This document shows, piece by piece, positions 41,351-52,518 of a DNA stretch of 64,000 bases. Position numbers and translations under genes: made by a program. Below the pieces are notes generated by a model. It made no database searches. It saw only the letters and a program-made list of their open reading frames with translations, and was not told where the DNA came from. The DNA comes from an uncultured cyanobacterium (lineage in GTDB: Bacteria; Cyanobacteriota; Cyanobacteriia; Cyanobacteriales; Cyanobacteriaceae): NCBI GenBank assembly GCA_963749915.1, contig CAVVOP010000022.1:416001-480000 (forward strand). The letters are read 5' to 3'. Numbering within the stretch: position 1 is the first letter of the stretch; each line of letters starts with the position of its first letter.

Positions 41351-43435
41351 CTATAAATTAAAAATTTTAGTTAAGGAAAAAGGAATAAAATTATTATTAA
41401 AATTTGTAGGACGAAATATATAGGCCTCTTGTCCTTCTAAAATTAAATTTTCATCAGAGTAAGCTACTGATAAGCCATCTTCTGAGGTTGATTGATGCTT
41501 GAAAAGATCAAAAACACTGGGAAGAGTGTCAAGATACTCCATAAAAGGAGGCATATTTTTTTCTAAACTATATAAATTGGCACTAGCAGATCTAACACTA
41601 GCCTTAAGATTTGCGTCTATGTAGATTAAATGATTTTTAGGTAAATCGATAACGGCGATATACTTAGTAAAGTTTTTTCCTTTGAGGGGGAAAGACAATT
41701 GACAGCGACGGGGTTCAAATAAATTTCCTTTTTCCGGATATTCTCCCCATTGCAAGGCAGCATAAACTTCTTTGGCTTCATCAAAAGATTGACGGGAGTA
41801 ACAAAGAATATTCCATAAAGCATATCTCACATTAGCCTGTAACAGTGATGGTAAGTATAAATCAATTAATTGACAAGCATCACCGTCCATGGTTTTACTA
41901 TTGGTAGGATCACCGGAAAAAATAGCAGCGTTATCTCCAAAATAAGGATAATCCCAGCAACAACTACCTAAAGGATTCCATAATTCATTAAAAAAGTTCC
42001 AACCGTTATCATACCAAATATTGTATTGTGTTTCTCCCGATCGCCAATAACTAGCTGTACGAATAAAGGTTATATTTTCGGGAATGGTGAATACTGTACC
42101 TCTTCCGTAAGAGGTGAGATCACTATCATTAGTCTGTAGTTTGATTAAATCTGTTTCAGAATCTAGGTTCACTTTTGGTACAATTGGACTGATTTTATTT
42201 TTGATTTCCTTGCCAATGACGGTTAATAGTCTTTCCTGAATGGGCGTTTCTACGGGTTGAGACTCTTGTATTTTTTGAATCTGCATTTTTGTCCAATTGC
42301 CTTTCGGGGGAAAAATTCGATAAAGACGATAATTGATAGTTTCTAAATATTTATATAGTTTGAGCAGTTGGATTGTTTTTAGTTGTGGAATTACCTGTTC
42401 AAAGGCGATCGCTCCTTCTAATCCAAATAAGCTGATGCAATTATGCAGTCGGCGATAAAATTCCCCCGGACGAGTGCTTAATAGTTGTAACACTTTGGGA
42501 TCTCTTTTTTCTAATAAAAATTCTAAACGACCGTTAAAAGTATTGAAAGTTTTTTTATTGTGATATAAGTGATCGTAGGCTACTACTACCTTAGAAAATT
42601 CTGAGCCATAATCTCCTGGATGCAACCCATACATTAATTTTTTCCAAATATTTTTTCTTCTCCAAATATCTTCCTCAAGGTTTGAGTTTTGATTGAGCAA
42701 AGTTAATAAAAATTTTCTTTCGTATCTTTTAAAACTGCGAAATTTACAAGGATTTTTTAAGCTAATATCCCCTTGTGATAAAGCGATCGCTAATCGTAAA
42801 ACATCAGTAGCCGAATTAACTTTAATCTGTTCGTTTTTTCCCAAATAATATTTTAATATTTTGATTAAATTTTCCTTAAAAATTATTTTATCAGTATCAA
42901 CTTTGTTCTCAAATTGACCTAATAAATAAACAATGTCGTGCCATTGTCCCTCAGTCCAACGATTAGGTAAATATAATAACTTTTCAAAAATTTGTAGTAA
43001 AGAATTGCTTTTACTAGGTTGTAAAACTCGAAGATTTAACTTTTCTTGAAGTTGGGGACGTTCTTTTTCTTTTTCAGTAAAAGAACCATGGGGAAGTCCC
43101 CAATACATTAAAATTTGTTTGAGCCAATATTGAGCCTCAGACATACTCAAAACTTCTTGGGGAAAATTTTTATAGACCACATAATCAGTCATTTTTTTAT
43201 CATCCCCCGTTATTTTTTTGAGGATTGGCTGAATTTTTTGCCACCAATCAGCAATATCTTTTTCGGAGGCATTATTTAACTGATGATAGGCAATTTCTGA
43301 CAGGGCGTAACCATAATAAGTTAGATTATTGATGATAGTTGCGATGGTGGTAATATTTCCTATAACGCCTGTGCAATGAGGGGGTAAAGGAATCAAATTG
43401 TGACGAATTAAAATTTCCGAGGCGTAGGAAGACAT
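41351..43435 (-). CDS. 694-aa uncharacterised protein, helical N-terminal region plus TerD-like C-terminal region
   Basis: ATDVLRL and RPGEF.RRL motifs; FSGDPT.S....GDACQLID.L resembles the TerD SGD...G..E.I.L motif. Confidence 0.6.
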   Translation of the reverse strand: MSSYASEILIRHNLIPLPPHCTGVIGNITTIATIINNLTYYGYALSEIAYHQLNNASEKDIADWWQKIQPILKKITGDDKKMTDYVVYKNFPQEVLSMSEAQYWLKQILMYWGLPHGSFTEKEKERPQLQEKLNLRVLQPSKSNSLLQIFEKLLYLPNRWTEGQWHDIVYLLGQFENKVDTDKIIFKENLIKILKYYLGKNEQIKVNSATDVLRLAIALSQGDISLKNPCKFRSFKRYERKFLLTLLNQNSNLEEDIWRRKNIWKKLMYGLHPGDYGSEFSKVVVAYDHLYHNKKTFNTFNGRLEFLLEKRDPKVLQLLSTRPGEFYRRLHNCISLFGLEGAIAFEQVIPQLKTIQLLKLYKYLETINYRLYRIFPPKGNWTKMQIQKIQESQPVETPIQERLLTVIGKEIKNKISPIVPKVNLDSETDLIKLQTNDSDLTSYGRGTVFTIPENITFIRTASYWRSGETQYNIWYDNGWNFFNELWNPLGSCCWDYPYFGDNAAIFSGDPTNSKTMDGDACQLIDLYLPSLLQANVRYALWNILCYSRQSFDEAKEVYAALQWGEYPEKGNLFEPRRCQLSFPLKGKNFTKYIAVIDLPKNHLIYIDANLKASVRSASANLYSLEKNMPPFMEYLDTLPSVFDLFKHQSTSEDGLSVAYSDENLILEGQEAYIFRPTNFNNNFIPFSLTKIFNL

Positions 43436-43534
43436 AATATATCTATCACTTAAACTTACTATTCCTATAGTTGAACAAATGAACCAACATTGTCGCTAAT
43501 AATTGTTAATAATTGTTAATAATGAGCAAATTTA

Positions 43535-44054
43535 TCACTGACAAGGCACATCCAAAACACCCAAGCTTAAAATTAAATCATCACTATCAATCCCCAAAGC
43601 TAAATCTCGATAGTAGTATAATCCACGTTTCGGGGCAACAATTATGTTCTGAGGACGTTCAACTACCCCATTTTTCCCATAAAAAACTATTTGAATATAA
43701 CATTTTCCGTTTCCTCCGTGATAAATATCATAATCGTACATTGAATCGAAAGGGATTTTGTCTTGAGGAGAAATAGGGAAACAGCCTATTCCGCTGGGTT
43801 TGATGTTGCCGGACACCTCCACAGGAAAAACCCCTCTTTCAAGATAAGAACTTTCTATTTCGTTTGCGATACATTTCATGTCAACAATAGCTTGAGTATA
43901 ATGGGCTTTGTCGATTTGTGCCATTAAATTGGGATAGGCGATGGCTAGAAAAATATTAAGAATGACAATAACAATTAAAAGCTCAAGTAAAGTTAATCCA
44001 GCTTGATGATGTTGGAAGTTTGCAGAAAAAAAAAACTTTATGCTGCAAATACAT
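43535..44054 (-). pseudogene. Type IV pilin-like protein, frameshifted in an A10/T10 tract (44026-44035)
   Basis: AGGAGG RBS and ATG at 44054; prepilin motif QAG|LTLLELLIVIVIL..FLAIAYP. The span is 520 nt (3n+1); T9 would restore a 172-aa ORF. Confidence 0.82.
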
Positions 44055-44218
44055 TAAGTTTTGTCTCCTCCTTCTCATGGTCTTAATTAACATCAACATT
44101 TATTGCTCCTTTTTCACTTTTAGTCACTTACGCACTTAAGTGTTTTCCCAGTTTAGCCACTTTTGTTTGAAAATAGCTAGTTTGTTTGCACATCTAGCAC
44201 AATCTTTAAAAAAGCTCG

Positions 44219-44291
44219 AACTTCACAGAATCTTTATATCTCAAACTTCACAGAATCTTTATATAAAGAAAAGACCTTACAGAAAACTTAT
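44219..44291. repeat. 21-bp direct repeat AACTTCACAGAATCTTTATAT x2 (25-bp period) plus a degenerate third copy
   Basis: Copies at 44219-44239 and 44244-44264. Confidence 0.8.
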
Positions 44292-44463
44292 CCTGATTGC
44301 TATTATTGGCAATTTATCTGTGTTTTACATACAGACAAGATATAGCTATTTAAGCAAGGCGGTTTTTTATTTTTAAACCCTAAAATGTGCAAAATGTAAC
44401 CAGTCAATTAAGTTAAAATTTAAGACAATAACTTAATATTCTGAGGAGAATAATGATCATATT

Positions 44464-44667
44464 ATGACGATGGAAACATTAGAATTTATTATTTATGCCG
44501 ATGGCAGAGTTCAAGAAAAAGTTACTGGAATTGTTGGCAAGTCTTGTGAGGAGGTAACAGCAGCAATTGAAGCACAATTAGGTAGGGTTATCTCACAGGA
44601 AAAAACTGCGGATTATTTCAACGAAAAATTAACCGAAAATAATCAAATTCACAATCAAAGTTGGTAA
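44464..44667 (+). CDS. DUF2997 family protein
   Basis: LEF.I..DGRV.EKV.GIVG.SC.EVT..IE..LG; lies before ycf35. Confidence 0.85.
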   Translation: MTMETLEFIIYADGRVQEKVTGIVGKSCEEVTAAIEAQLGRVISQEKTADYFNEKLTENNQIHNQSW

Positions 44668-44726
44668 ACTTTTATATATAAATCTCATTTTTTGTAAGAT
44701 TTAATTAACTTTAGTAACAGAATCTT

Positions 44727-45110
44727 ATGTCACATTTTAGCAGTATTAAAACTCAAATCCGTAATCTTACCTCCCTAAAGGCCGCCTTAGCTGATTTGGG
44801 GGTAGATTGGAAAAATGGTCCTTCTCCTGTAAGAGGTTATCAAGGACAAACTAACCAAGCTGAAATCGTCATTGAACAAGAAAATAACTATGACATTGGT
44901 TTTAGCTGGAATGGTCAGGAGTACGAGTTAGTCGCTGATCTACAGTACTGGCAGCAGCCTTGGACTGTTGATGGTTTTTTACAGCGTGTGACTCAAGGTT
45001 ATGCTTTACAAACAGTATTAAATGAATCCTCTCAACAGGGTTTTGCTGTTACTGAAAAACAAAAAAATGAAGATGGTTCAATTCGCTTAGTAGTTCAACG
45101 CTGGAGTTAA
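44727..45110 (+). CDS. ycf35: DUF1257/Ycf35 family protein
   Basis: MSHFS.IKT, DIGF.WNG..YELVADLQ.W and DGSI.LVV motifs. Confidence 0.88.
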   Translation: MSHFSSIKTQIRNLTSLKAALADLGVDWKNGPSPVRGYQGQTNQAEIVIEQENNYDIGFSWNGQEYELVADLQYWQQPWTVDGFLQRVTQGYALQTVLNESSQQGFAVTEKQKNEDGSIRLVVQRWS

Positions 45111-45167
45111 TTATCCTTCTCATTTTTTTAAATATCATCATCACTAGACAAGGAGACTCCCTTCTCC

Positions 45168-45641
45168 TTGTTAACCCAGTTACAGAAACTAATTATCTTG
45201 ACCATTGGAAAAAAAATGTTGGATCAACCAAATGAATTATTGACGACGGGATTTGAACCAGAATTAGGGGGAATTTGGCGAGATAACCCCGAAAGAAGCG
45301 GATTTGAGCCAGAATTAGGCGGAGAAGATCGGCAAAAAGGGGTTTATGTTGATGAAGCGACTTGTATCGGTTGTAAACATTGTGTTCACGTTGCCTCTAA
45401 TACTTTTTATCTTGAAAATGATTACGGGCGATCGAGAGTTTATAATCAGGATGGTGATACAGAAGAAATAGTGCAAGAAGCTATGGACACTTGTCCCGTT
45501 AATTGCATTCACTGGTTGGATTATACAGACATTAAGCAAAAAGAGGAGGCCCGAAAATATTTAGATGTACGTCCTTTAGGTTATCCTCAAACTCATAAAT
45601 TTCCCAAGCAGAAAAAAAAGACGAGGAGATTAGAAGACTAG
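45168..45641 (+). CDS. Ferredoxin (Fer4_13-like; likely start ~45216)
   Basis: CIGCKHC and DTCPVNCIHW motifs; GFEPELGG occurs twice. Confidence 0.88.
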   Translation: MLTQLQKLIILTIGKKMLDQPNELLTTGFEPELGGIWRDNPERSGFEPELGGEDRQKGVYVDEATCIGCKHCVHVASNTFYLENDYGRSRVYNQDGDTEEIVQEAMDTCPVNCIHWLDYTDIKQKEEARKYLDVRPLGYPQTHKFPKQKKKTRRLED

Positions 45642-45748
45642 AAGACACAGAAAAAGTTCATTGTTAAATGACCTTTTAATTGACTACAATGAAAATAATA
45701 GTTTAATCTTGTCTAAGCGATCCATCAATCAGAAATGCTGAAGATAGA

Positions 45749-47116
45749 TTGAGACAGGAAAATATCGAGATCTATTGGACTTACCCCAGATTTATGAATC
45801 AGTCAGCAAAAAAACCTCCCATGAAACAAATGCTTCTCTTGAAACCAGTTTTAGCTACTTTGGCTACGGGTGGCTTACTCACTTTTTTAACTCCTCCCAT
45901 CGCCCAAGCAGAAATGACGGATAGCCCGAAAATGGTGGTAGATGAAGCTTGGCAGATAGTAAATAATGAATTTGTTGATCGCAATTTTAACCAAGTTAAC
46001 TGGCAACGTAAACGAGAAGAACTGTTAAAACAGAATTATAGCGGGAAAAAACAGGCTTACCGTGCTATCAATCAAGCCTTGAAAGAATTAGGTGATCCTT
46101 ATACTCGTTTTCTGCCTCCTGAACAATTCGAGATGCTTACCAGTCAGACATCAGGGGAAGTTTCAGGAATCGGGATTCGTATTGCCATTGATCCTCGCAC
46201 CCAAGATTTATATGTAATCGACGCCATTAAAAAATCTCCCGCCGCCGAAGCTGGGTTAAAAAGAGGCGATCGCATTGTCAGAATTGATGGTAAGCCCACG
46301 GCGTTAATGGGTTTAGATCAGGCATCAGAGGCATTAAAAGGAGAATTAGGATCTCAAGTAAGTATTGAGATTTCCAGGGAAAGAAAACCGGCATTTGAAG
46401 TCAAAATTACCCGTGGCCAAATTGAAGTCCCCTCCGTCGATTTTAGTTTGAAAAAAGAAGGAGAATTGAATGTTGGCTATATCAAATTAGATGAATTTAG
46501 TTCCCTGGCAGCTCAACAAATGAAAGAAGCCATTGAGGAACTACAAAAGCAAAAAGCCTCCGCCTTCGTTTTAGATTTGAGAGGTAATCCGGGGGGGTTA
46601 TTATTCGCCAGTGTTGATATTGCGAGAATGTGGATGTCCCAGGGCGAAATCGTGGATGTAGTCGATCGTCGTGGTGGCCATCGTAGTTTTCAAGCTAATA
46701 ACTCTGCTATTACTGATTTGCCTTTAGTAGTATTAGTTGATGGTAATTCTGCTAGTGCTAGTGAAATTTTAGCCGGGGCGTTAAAGGAAAACAATCGTGC
46801 TACTATTGTGGGTACAAAAACTTATGGTAAAGGTCTTGTACAATCAGTACATTCTTTATCGGATGGTTCGGGATTAGCGGTGACAATTTCTCGTTATTAC
46901 CCTCCTAGCGGTATTAATATCAATAAACATGGTATTGCGCCGAATATTGTTCAGAATATAAGTCGGGAAGAGGAGTCTATTCTTAGTCAAAATCCTTCCC
47001 TATTGGCTACCAACGCAGATCCTCAATATTCTAAGGCTGTCGCTGTTCTCAAAACGAGAAGTAAGATACCCAACCCCAGTGAAACTTCGGTTAATCCCAC
47101 GAGTCTTTTACAATAA
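45749..47116 (+). CDS. ctpB: Carboxyl-terminal processing protease (S41, CtpB-like; start probably ~45794-45821)
   Basis: DPYTRF, PDZ domain, DLRGNPGG, SASASEI and GKG.VQ motifs. Confidence 0.85.
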   Translation: MRQENIEIYWTYPRFMNQSAKKPPMKQMLLLKPVLATLATGGLLTFLTPPIAQAEMTDSPKMVVDEAWQIVNNEFVDRNFNQVNWQRKREELLKQNYSGKKQAYRAINQALKELGDPYTRFLPPEQFEMLTSQTSGEVSGIGIRIAIDPRTQDLYVIDAIKKSPAAEAGLKRGDRIVRIDGKPTALMGLDQASEALKGELGSQVSIEISRERKPAFEVKITRGQIEVPSVDFSLKKEGELNVGYIKLDEFSSLAAQQMKEAIEELQKQKASAFVLDLRGNPGGLLFASVDIARMWMSQGEIVDVVDRRGGHRSFQANNSAITDLPLVVLVDGNSASASEILAGALKENNRATIVGTKTYGKGLVQSVHSLSDGSGLAVTISRYYPPSGININKHGIAPNIVQNISREEESILSQNPSLLATNADPQYSKAVAVLKTRSKIPNPSETSVNPTSLLQ

Positions 47117-47192
47117 ATTTAACCCTTAAAGACCTAGTGGACGAGTGAGTGCGGAAATGAAACAGGGTTTTAAAATTCCTATTCAGCAAACC

Positions 47193-48545
47193 CTACTTGG
47201 ATTTCATCTTCCAACCTTCGATTACCCTTTGTTTTTCCCGGGCGATCCCCAGACTGTTGTCAGGAACATCATGGGTGATAACTGAACCTGCCCCAATGGT
47301 TGCATTTTTACCGATAGTTACAGGGGCTACAAATACGCTATTTGAACCTGTTTTTGTACCATCACCGATTATTGTGGGATGTTTATTAACGCCATCATAA
47401 TTAGCGGTGATTGTGCCTGCACCGATATTAACTTGATTACCCAAAATTGCATCGCCCAAATAAGATAAATGGGCCATATTAGTTTTATCGCCAATAGAAC
47501 TTTTTTTAATTTCGACAAAGTTCCCGACTCGACAATTTTCCCCTAATTCGACGCCTCCCCGTAAATGTGCATAAGGTCCTATTCTCGTATTAGCAGATAC
47601 TTTGCTATCGGTAATGACCGAATATAAAACCGTGATATTCTCGTCGAGTTGGCTATTTTCGATTAAACAACCAGGGCCAATTTTACAACCAGAACCAATA
47701 ACAGTATTACCCCGAAGATGAGTCTGTGGTTCAATAATTACATCCGTACCCAACTTTACCGTTTCCTCAATGGTGATACTGTCGGAATCTATCATGGTTA
47801 CACCAGCCATCATCCATGCTTCTTTTACTCTTGCCTGTAAAATATCGTAGGCTACGGCTAACTGACGACGGTCGTTTATACCACTAATTTCTAAATGATC
47901 ATCAACATCTAAGGCCATGACGGGAGCAAGATAATGCACCACCTCCGTGAGATAATATTCTTGTTGATCATTATTGGTGCTTAATTTCGGTAAAACTTCT
48001 TGCAATTTTTGCCAATGAAAACAATAAACTCCGGCATTGATACGACTATTCTTCTTTTGGGCCAAATTACAATCCCTATCTTCGATAATTTGAGTGACTA
48101 AATTATTGCCATCGCAAAAAACCCGACCGTAACCCTTTGGATTGGGTAAATTTGCGGTTAAAAGAGTGGCGGCGTTATTATTTTCCTGATGGGTTTTAAC
48201 TAGCTTTTGCACCGTTTCAGGACGTAATAAGGGCACATCTCCGTTTAAAATGATCAAATCCCCCGTAAAATCTTGTAGATGGGGTATTAACTGCACAATA
48301 GCGTGGCCTGTACCCAATTGTTCCCTTTGTTGCACAAATTCCAACCCTTGAAGATGATTAAGGGCATTTTCAATTTGTTGACCTTCATAGCCAATAATAA
48401 TCAATTGGCGATTGGGCTGTACAAGATCACAACTATTTATAGCCCTTTCCACAAGACTTTTACTTCCCAAGGGGTGTAAAACTTTAGGAAGTTTAGATTT
48501 CATTCGGGTTCCTTTTCCGGCGGCAAGAATTGCGACTGCTAGCAT
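47193..48545 (-). CDS. glmU: Bifunctional UDP-GlcNAc pyrophosphorylase/acetyltransferase
   Basis: [18 protein letters not shown] and NYDG motifs. Confidence 0.97.
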   Translation of the reverse strand: MLAVAILAAGKGTRMKSKLPKVLHPLGSKSLVERAINSCDLVQPNRQLIIIGYEGQQIENALNHLQGLEFVQQREQLGTGHAIVQLIPHLQDFTGDLIILNGDVPLLRPETVQKLVKTHQENNNAATLLTANLPNPKGYGRVFCDGNNLVTQIIEDRDCNLAQKKNSRINAGVYCFHWQKLQEVLPKLSTNNDQQEYYLTEVVHYLAPVMALDVDDHLEISGINDRRQLAVAYDILQARVKEAWMMAGVTMIDSDSITIEETVKLGTDVIIEPQTHLRGNTVIGSGCKIGPGCLIENSQLDENITVLYSVITDSKVSANTRIGPYAHLRGGVELGENCRVGNFVEIKKSSIGDKTNMAHLSYLGDAILGNQVNIGAGTITANYDGVNKHPTIIGDGTKTGSNSVFVAPVTIGKNATIGAGSVITHDVPDNSLGIAREKQRVIEGWKMKSK

Positions 48546-48585
48546 AAGATTATCTTATTTTGTTCGCCTTTGAGTATATATCAAT

Positions 48586-49443
48586 ATGGAAAGAAAAAGT
48601 TTAAAATTACCCAATAATATTAATTTATTTTACTCAGAATGGAATCAAGGAAAAGAGCCCTTAATATTACTGCATGGTTTAGCAGATCATCGCTTAGTTT
48701 GGTCAGAATTAGGGAATTTCCTATCAGAAAAATATCACATTATTGCTCCAGATCTAAGGGGTCATGGAGAATCTTCTAAACCCGAAACAGGTTACACTTT
48801 TGCAGAAATTATCGAAGATTTAGAAGCCCTATTACAGCATTTGAACATCGCTAAAATTAATATAATTGGTCATTCTTGGGGAGGAAAATTAGCTGCAATT
48901 TGGGTAACAAAAAAGCCTAATCTCTTTAATAGTTTAGTATTAGTTGATCCCTTTTTTATTGACAAAATGCCCAGTTGGTTCGAGCTCACTTTTCCTATTT
49001 TATATAAACTGTTGCCCTTTTTAAAAATGTTAGGACCTTTTCCTGACTATCAAAGTGCAGAAAATTTGGCTAAAACCCTAAAACAATATAAAGGTTGGAG
49101 TACTTTACAACAGGAAGTATTTAAAACAGGAATAGAACAAAAATCAGATGGAAAATGGGGTAGCAAATTTGCAATTCAAGCAAGAAATGAAATCTTTAGT
49201 GATGTGATGAAAGTTGCAGGATTAACGGAAAAAATTGATACTCCCACCCTATTTATTAAACCAAAACACGGTTTGAACCGCACTGAATTTCAATTAAAAC
49301 CCTATAAAAAATATCTGACCAATTTACAAATTAAAGAAGTCCCTGGTAATCATTGGCCTTTTTTAGTTGCGTCCGACCCCTTTAATCAAATAGTCGCCCA
49401 ATTTTTGATTTCAGTGACTACTGGAGTTCAGTCTAAAAATTAA
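48586..49443 (+). CDS. Alpha/beta hydrolase
   Basis: LHG, DLRGHG.S and GHSWGG motifs. Confidence 0.9.
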   Translation: MERKSLKLPNNINLFYSEWNQGKEPLILLHGLADHRLVWSELGNFLSEKYHIIAPDLRGHGESSKPETGYTFAEIIEDLEALLQHLNIAKINIIGHSWGGKLAAIWVTKKPNLFNSLVLVDPFFIDKMPSWFELTFPILYKLLPFLKMLGPFPDYQSAENLAKTLKQYKGWSTLQQEVFKTGIEQKSDGKWGSKFAIQARNEIFSDVMKVAGLTEKIDTPTLFIKPKHGLNRTEFQLKPYKKYLTNLQIKEVPGNHWPFLVASDPFNQIVAQFLISVTTGVQSKN

Positions 49444-49505
49444 CGGGAAAACCACAATGGAGTTGGAGAATTAAAGTTTGATAAAGTAATTCTATTCCTC
49501 TGCTT

Positions 49506-50993
49506 TCAATTGATGCCAAATTTTTGTTGTAATATTGCCAGAATTGTTGTAGCTTCTTCTGCATTTTTAGCCAAGCTAGCAAATTCCATAAATCTTTTTA
49601 ACTCTTTTTTCAGCAAATTACGCTCTATTTCCCAGATTTCACGCTCTAACACTGGCGGTATTACAATCATATCAAACAAAGTCGCCTCTTTTTTGCCGTC
49701 ATGGGGACGTAAAATTCTTCCCCGACGTTGAATAAATTGTCGAGGATTACTGCTACTGGCCAAAATTACCGCATTTTCAATCATGGGAATGTCGATGCCT
49801 TCATCTAAGCAACGAATGGCGACTAACCCTTGTAATTCTCCTGAAATTAGCTGTTGTTTGATTTTTTCCCGATCCTTTAAAGGGGTATCTGCTGTATAGG
49901 TGTTCACCCGATAGTTTAATTCCTTGCCCAAAATTCTCGTTACTGCCGCCAATTGGCGCTCATTTTGATTTATATGTCCATCTCCACAGTAAAATAAGGT
50001 CGCCTTCATGTCCAATCTTTTCGACATTAATTTTTTCAAGGCAATTAATTTATTGCTGGCAGTGGCAATTAAGCGCGATCGCCTGATTAATAATGCTTTA
50101 AGATTATGGTTATCTTCAAGGTTATTATTTTCTGATAAAGCCCAACCAATTTTTTTAGTTAATTTAGCATAATATAATGCCTCAATATCTGTTAATTGAA
50201 CTAAAATAGGATGATAATTATATTTAACAAGGGCTTGTTTTTCAATGGCATTGGCAAGGGTGAATTCTGGTTGTAAAACTTTGCCAAAATAATCAATTAA
50301 AAAATCTGTACCATCATTATCAAAATACCTTTCAGGAGTTGCTGATAATGCTAACCTTAAACCAATACTAGCAGGTAGAGATGATAACAAACGAGGCGAT
50401 CCTAAATTATGAGCTTCATCGCCAATTATTAAAGTTTTTTCTGGAAAAAATGGTATTTGAGATTGAAAACCATCACTAAGAAAAGTGGAATTAGTAGTAA
50501 TAATAGTTAAAAATTTTTGTTGATTATTCTGAACATGATAAAGTTGTCTGGAAAACTCACCTTGCCAATTACTAATGCTTTCAAAGGCTAAAATCGGTTG
50601 TAAATTAAATTTTGCTGTTTCTTCTGCCCACTGTAAAACTAGATGACGAAAGGGACAAATTACTAATAAGACCTGTAAATTGATTTGTTGATATAGTTCC
50701 GTAGCAATGGCTAAAGCAGTGATAGTTTTTCCGCTTCCTGTTGCCATTTTTAAGATCCCTCTGCCCCTATTTTTAAACCAATTAATTACTACTTGTTTTT
50801 GATAGTCTCTTAAAATTAAATTTTCAGGTAAAATAGGAATGCCATCTGAATATTGTTTATAGTAATAATTGACTCTCGGTTCCGCTAACTTATAATTATT
50901 TTTTTCTTGATAATTTTTAGCTAAAATATCCCAATTAATTTGACCATTAATATTTAGGTTATTTAATTTATTATCGATTTTCATAGAATCCAA
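49506..50993 (-). CDS. SF2 DEAH helicase resembling the DNA-phosphorothioation-associated restriction helicase family
   Basis: MATGSGKT, DEAH, LSATPER, CLDEGIDIP and QFIQRRGRILR motifs. Confidence 0.8.
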   Translation of the reverse strand: MDSMKIDNKLNNLNINGQINWDILAKNYQEKNNYKLAEPRVNYYYKQYSDGIPILPENLILRDYQKQVVINWFKNRGRGILKMATGSGKTITALAIATELYQQINLQVLLVICPFRHLVLQWAEETAKFNLQPILAFESISNWQGEFSRQLYHVQNNQQKFLTIITTNSTFLSDGFQSQIPFFPEKTLIIGDEAHNLGSPRLLSSLPASIGLRLALSATPERYFDNDGTDFLIDYFGKVLQPEFTLANAIEKQALVKYNYHPILVQLTDIEALYYAKLTKKIGWALSENNNLEDNHNLKALLIRRSRLIATASNKLIALKKLMSKRLDMKATLFYCGDGHINQNERQLAAVTRILGKELNYRVNTYTADTPLKDREKIKQQLISGELQGLVAIRCLDEGIDIPMIENAVILASSSNPRQFIQRRGRILRPHDGKKEATLFDMIVIPPVLEREIWEIERNLLKKELKRFMEFASLAKNAEEATTILAILQQKFGIN

Positions 50994-51228
50994 TGAAATT
51001 GGTAATTTTTAGTAATTTTTTTTAAAATTATCGACTATTGTAACAAGATAAGCAACTATAGCGATTGCTTGTTCACAACAATGATATAGCAGTGGCTAGA
51101 AAGAAAAATTTAAACAACCCCCACAAAATGGTAGTTTATGATCTGAGGTCAATAAAAACTCAACTTAGATGATGTTCGATGATCTTTTTTGTCCGATAAT
51201 TGGTAAATTAACCTAAATATTGATATAA

Positions 51229-52395
<1,167 letters not shown>

Positions 52396-52518
52396 ATAAC
52401 AATTAGCAATTAACAATTATCCTCATATGGGTTTTTTCTTTAGGGCTTTACTAATAAGAGTAATTAAGTTCTTCTTTTATGATAGGATTACTTAGCTTGA
52501 GGGAATTACAAAAAAGAG

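Noticed and set aside
44140..44376. 78-aa ORF or possible mini-CRISPR
   Set aside because: It spans promoter repeats, and the repeats lack 30-40-nt unique spacers and cas genes.
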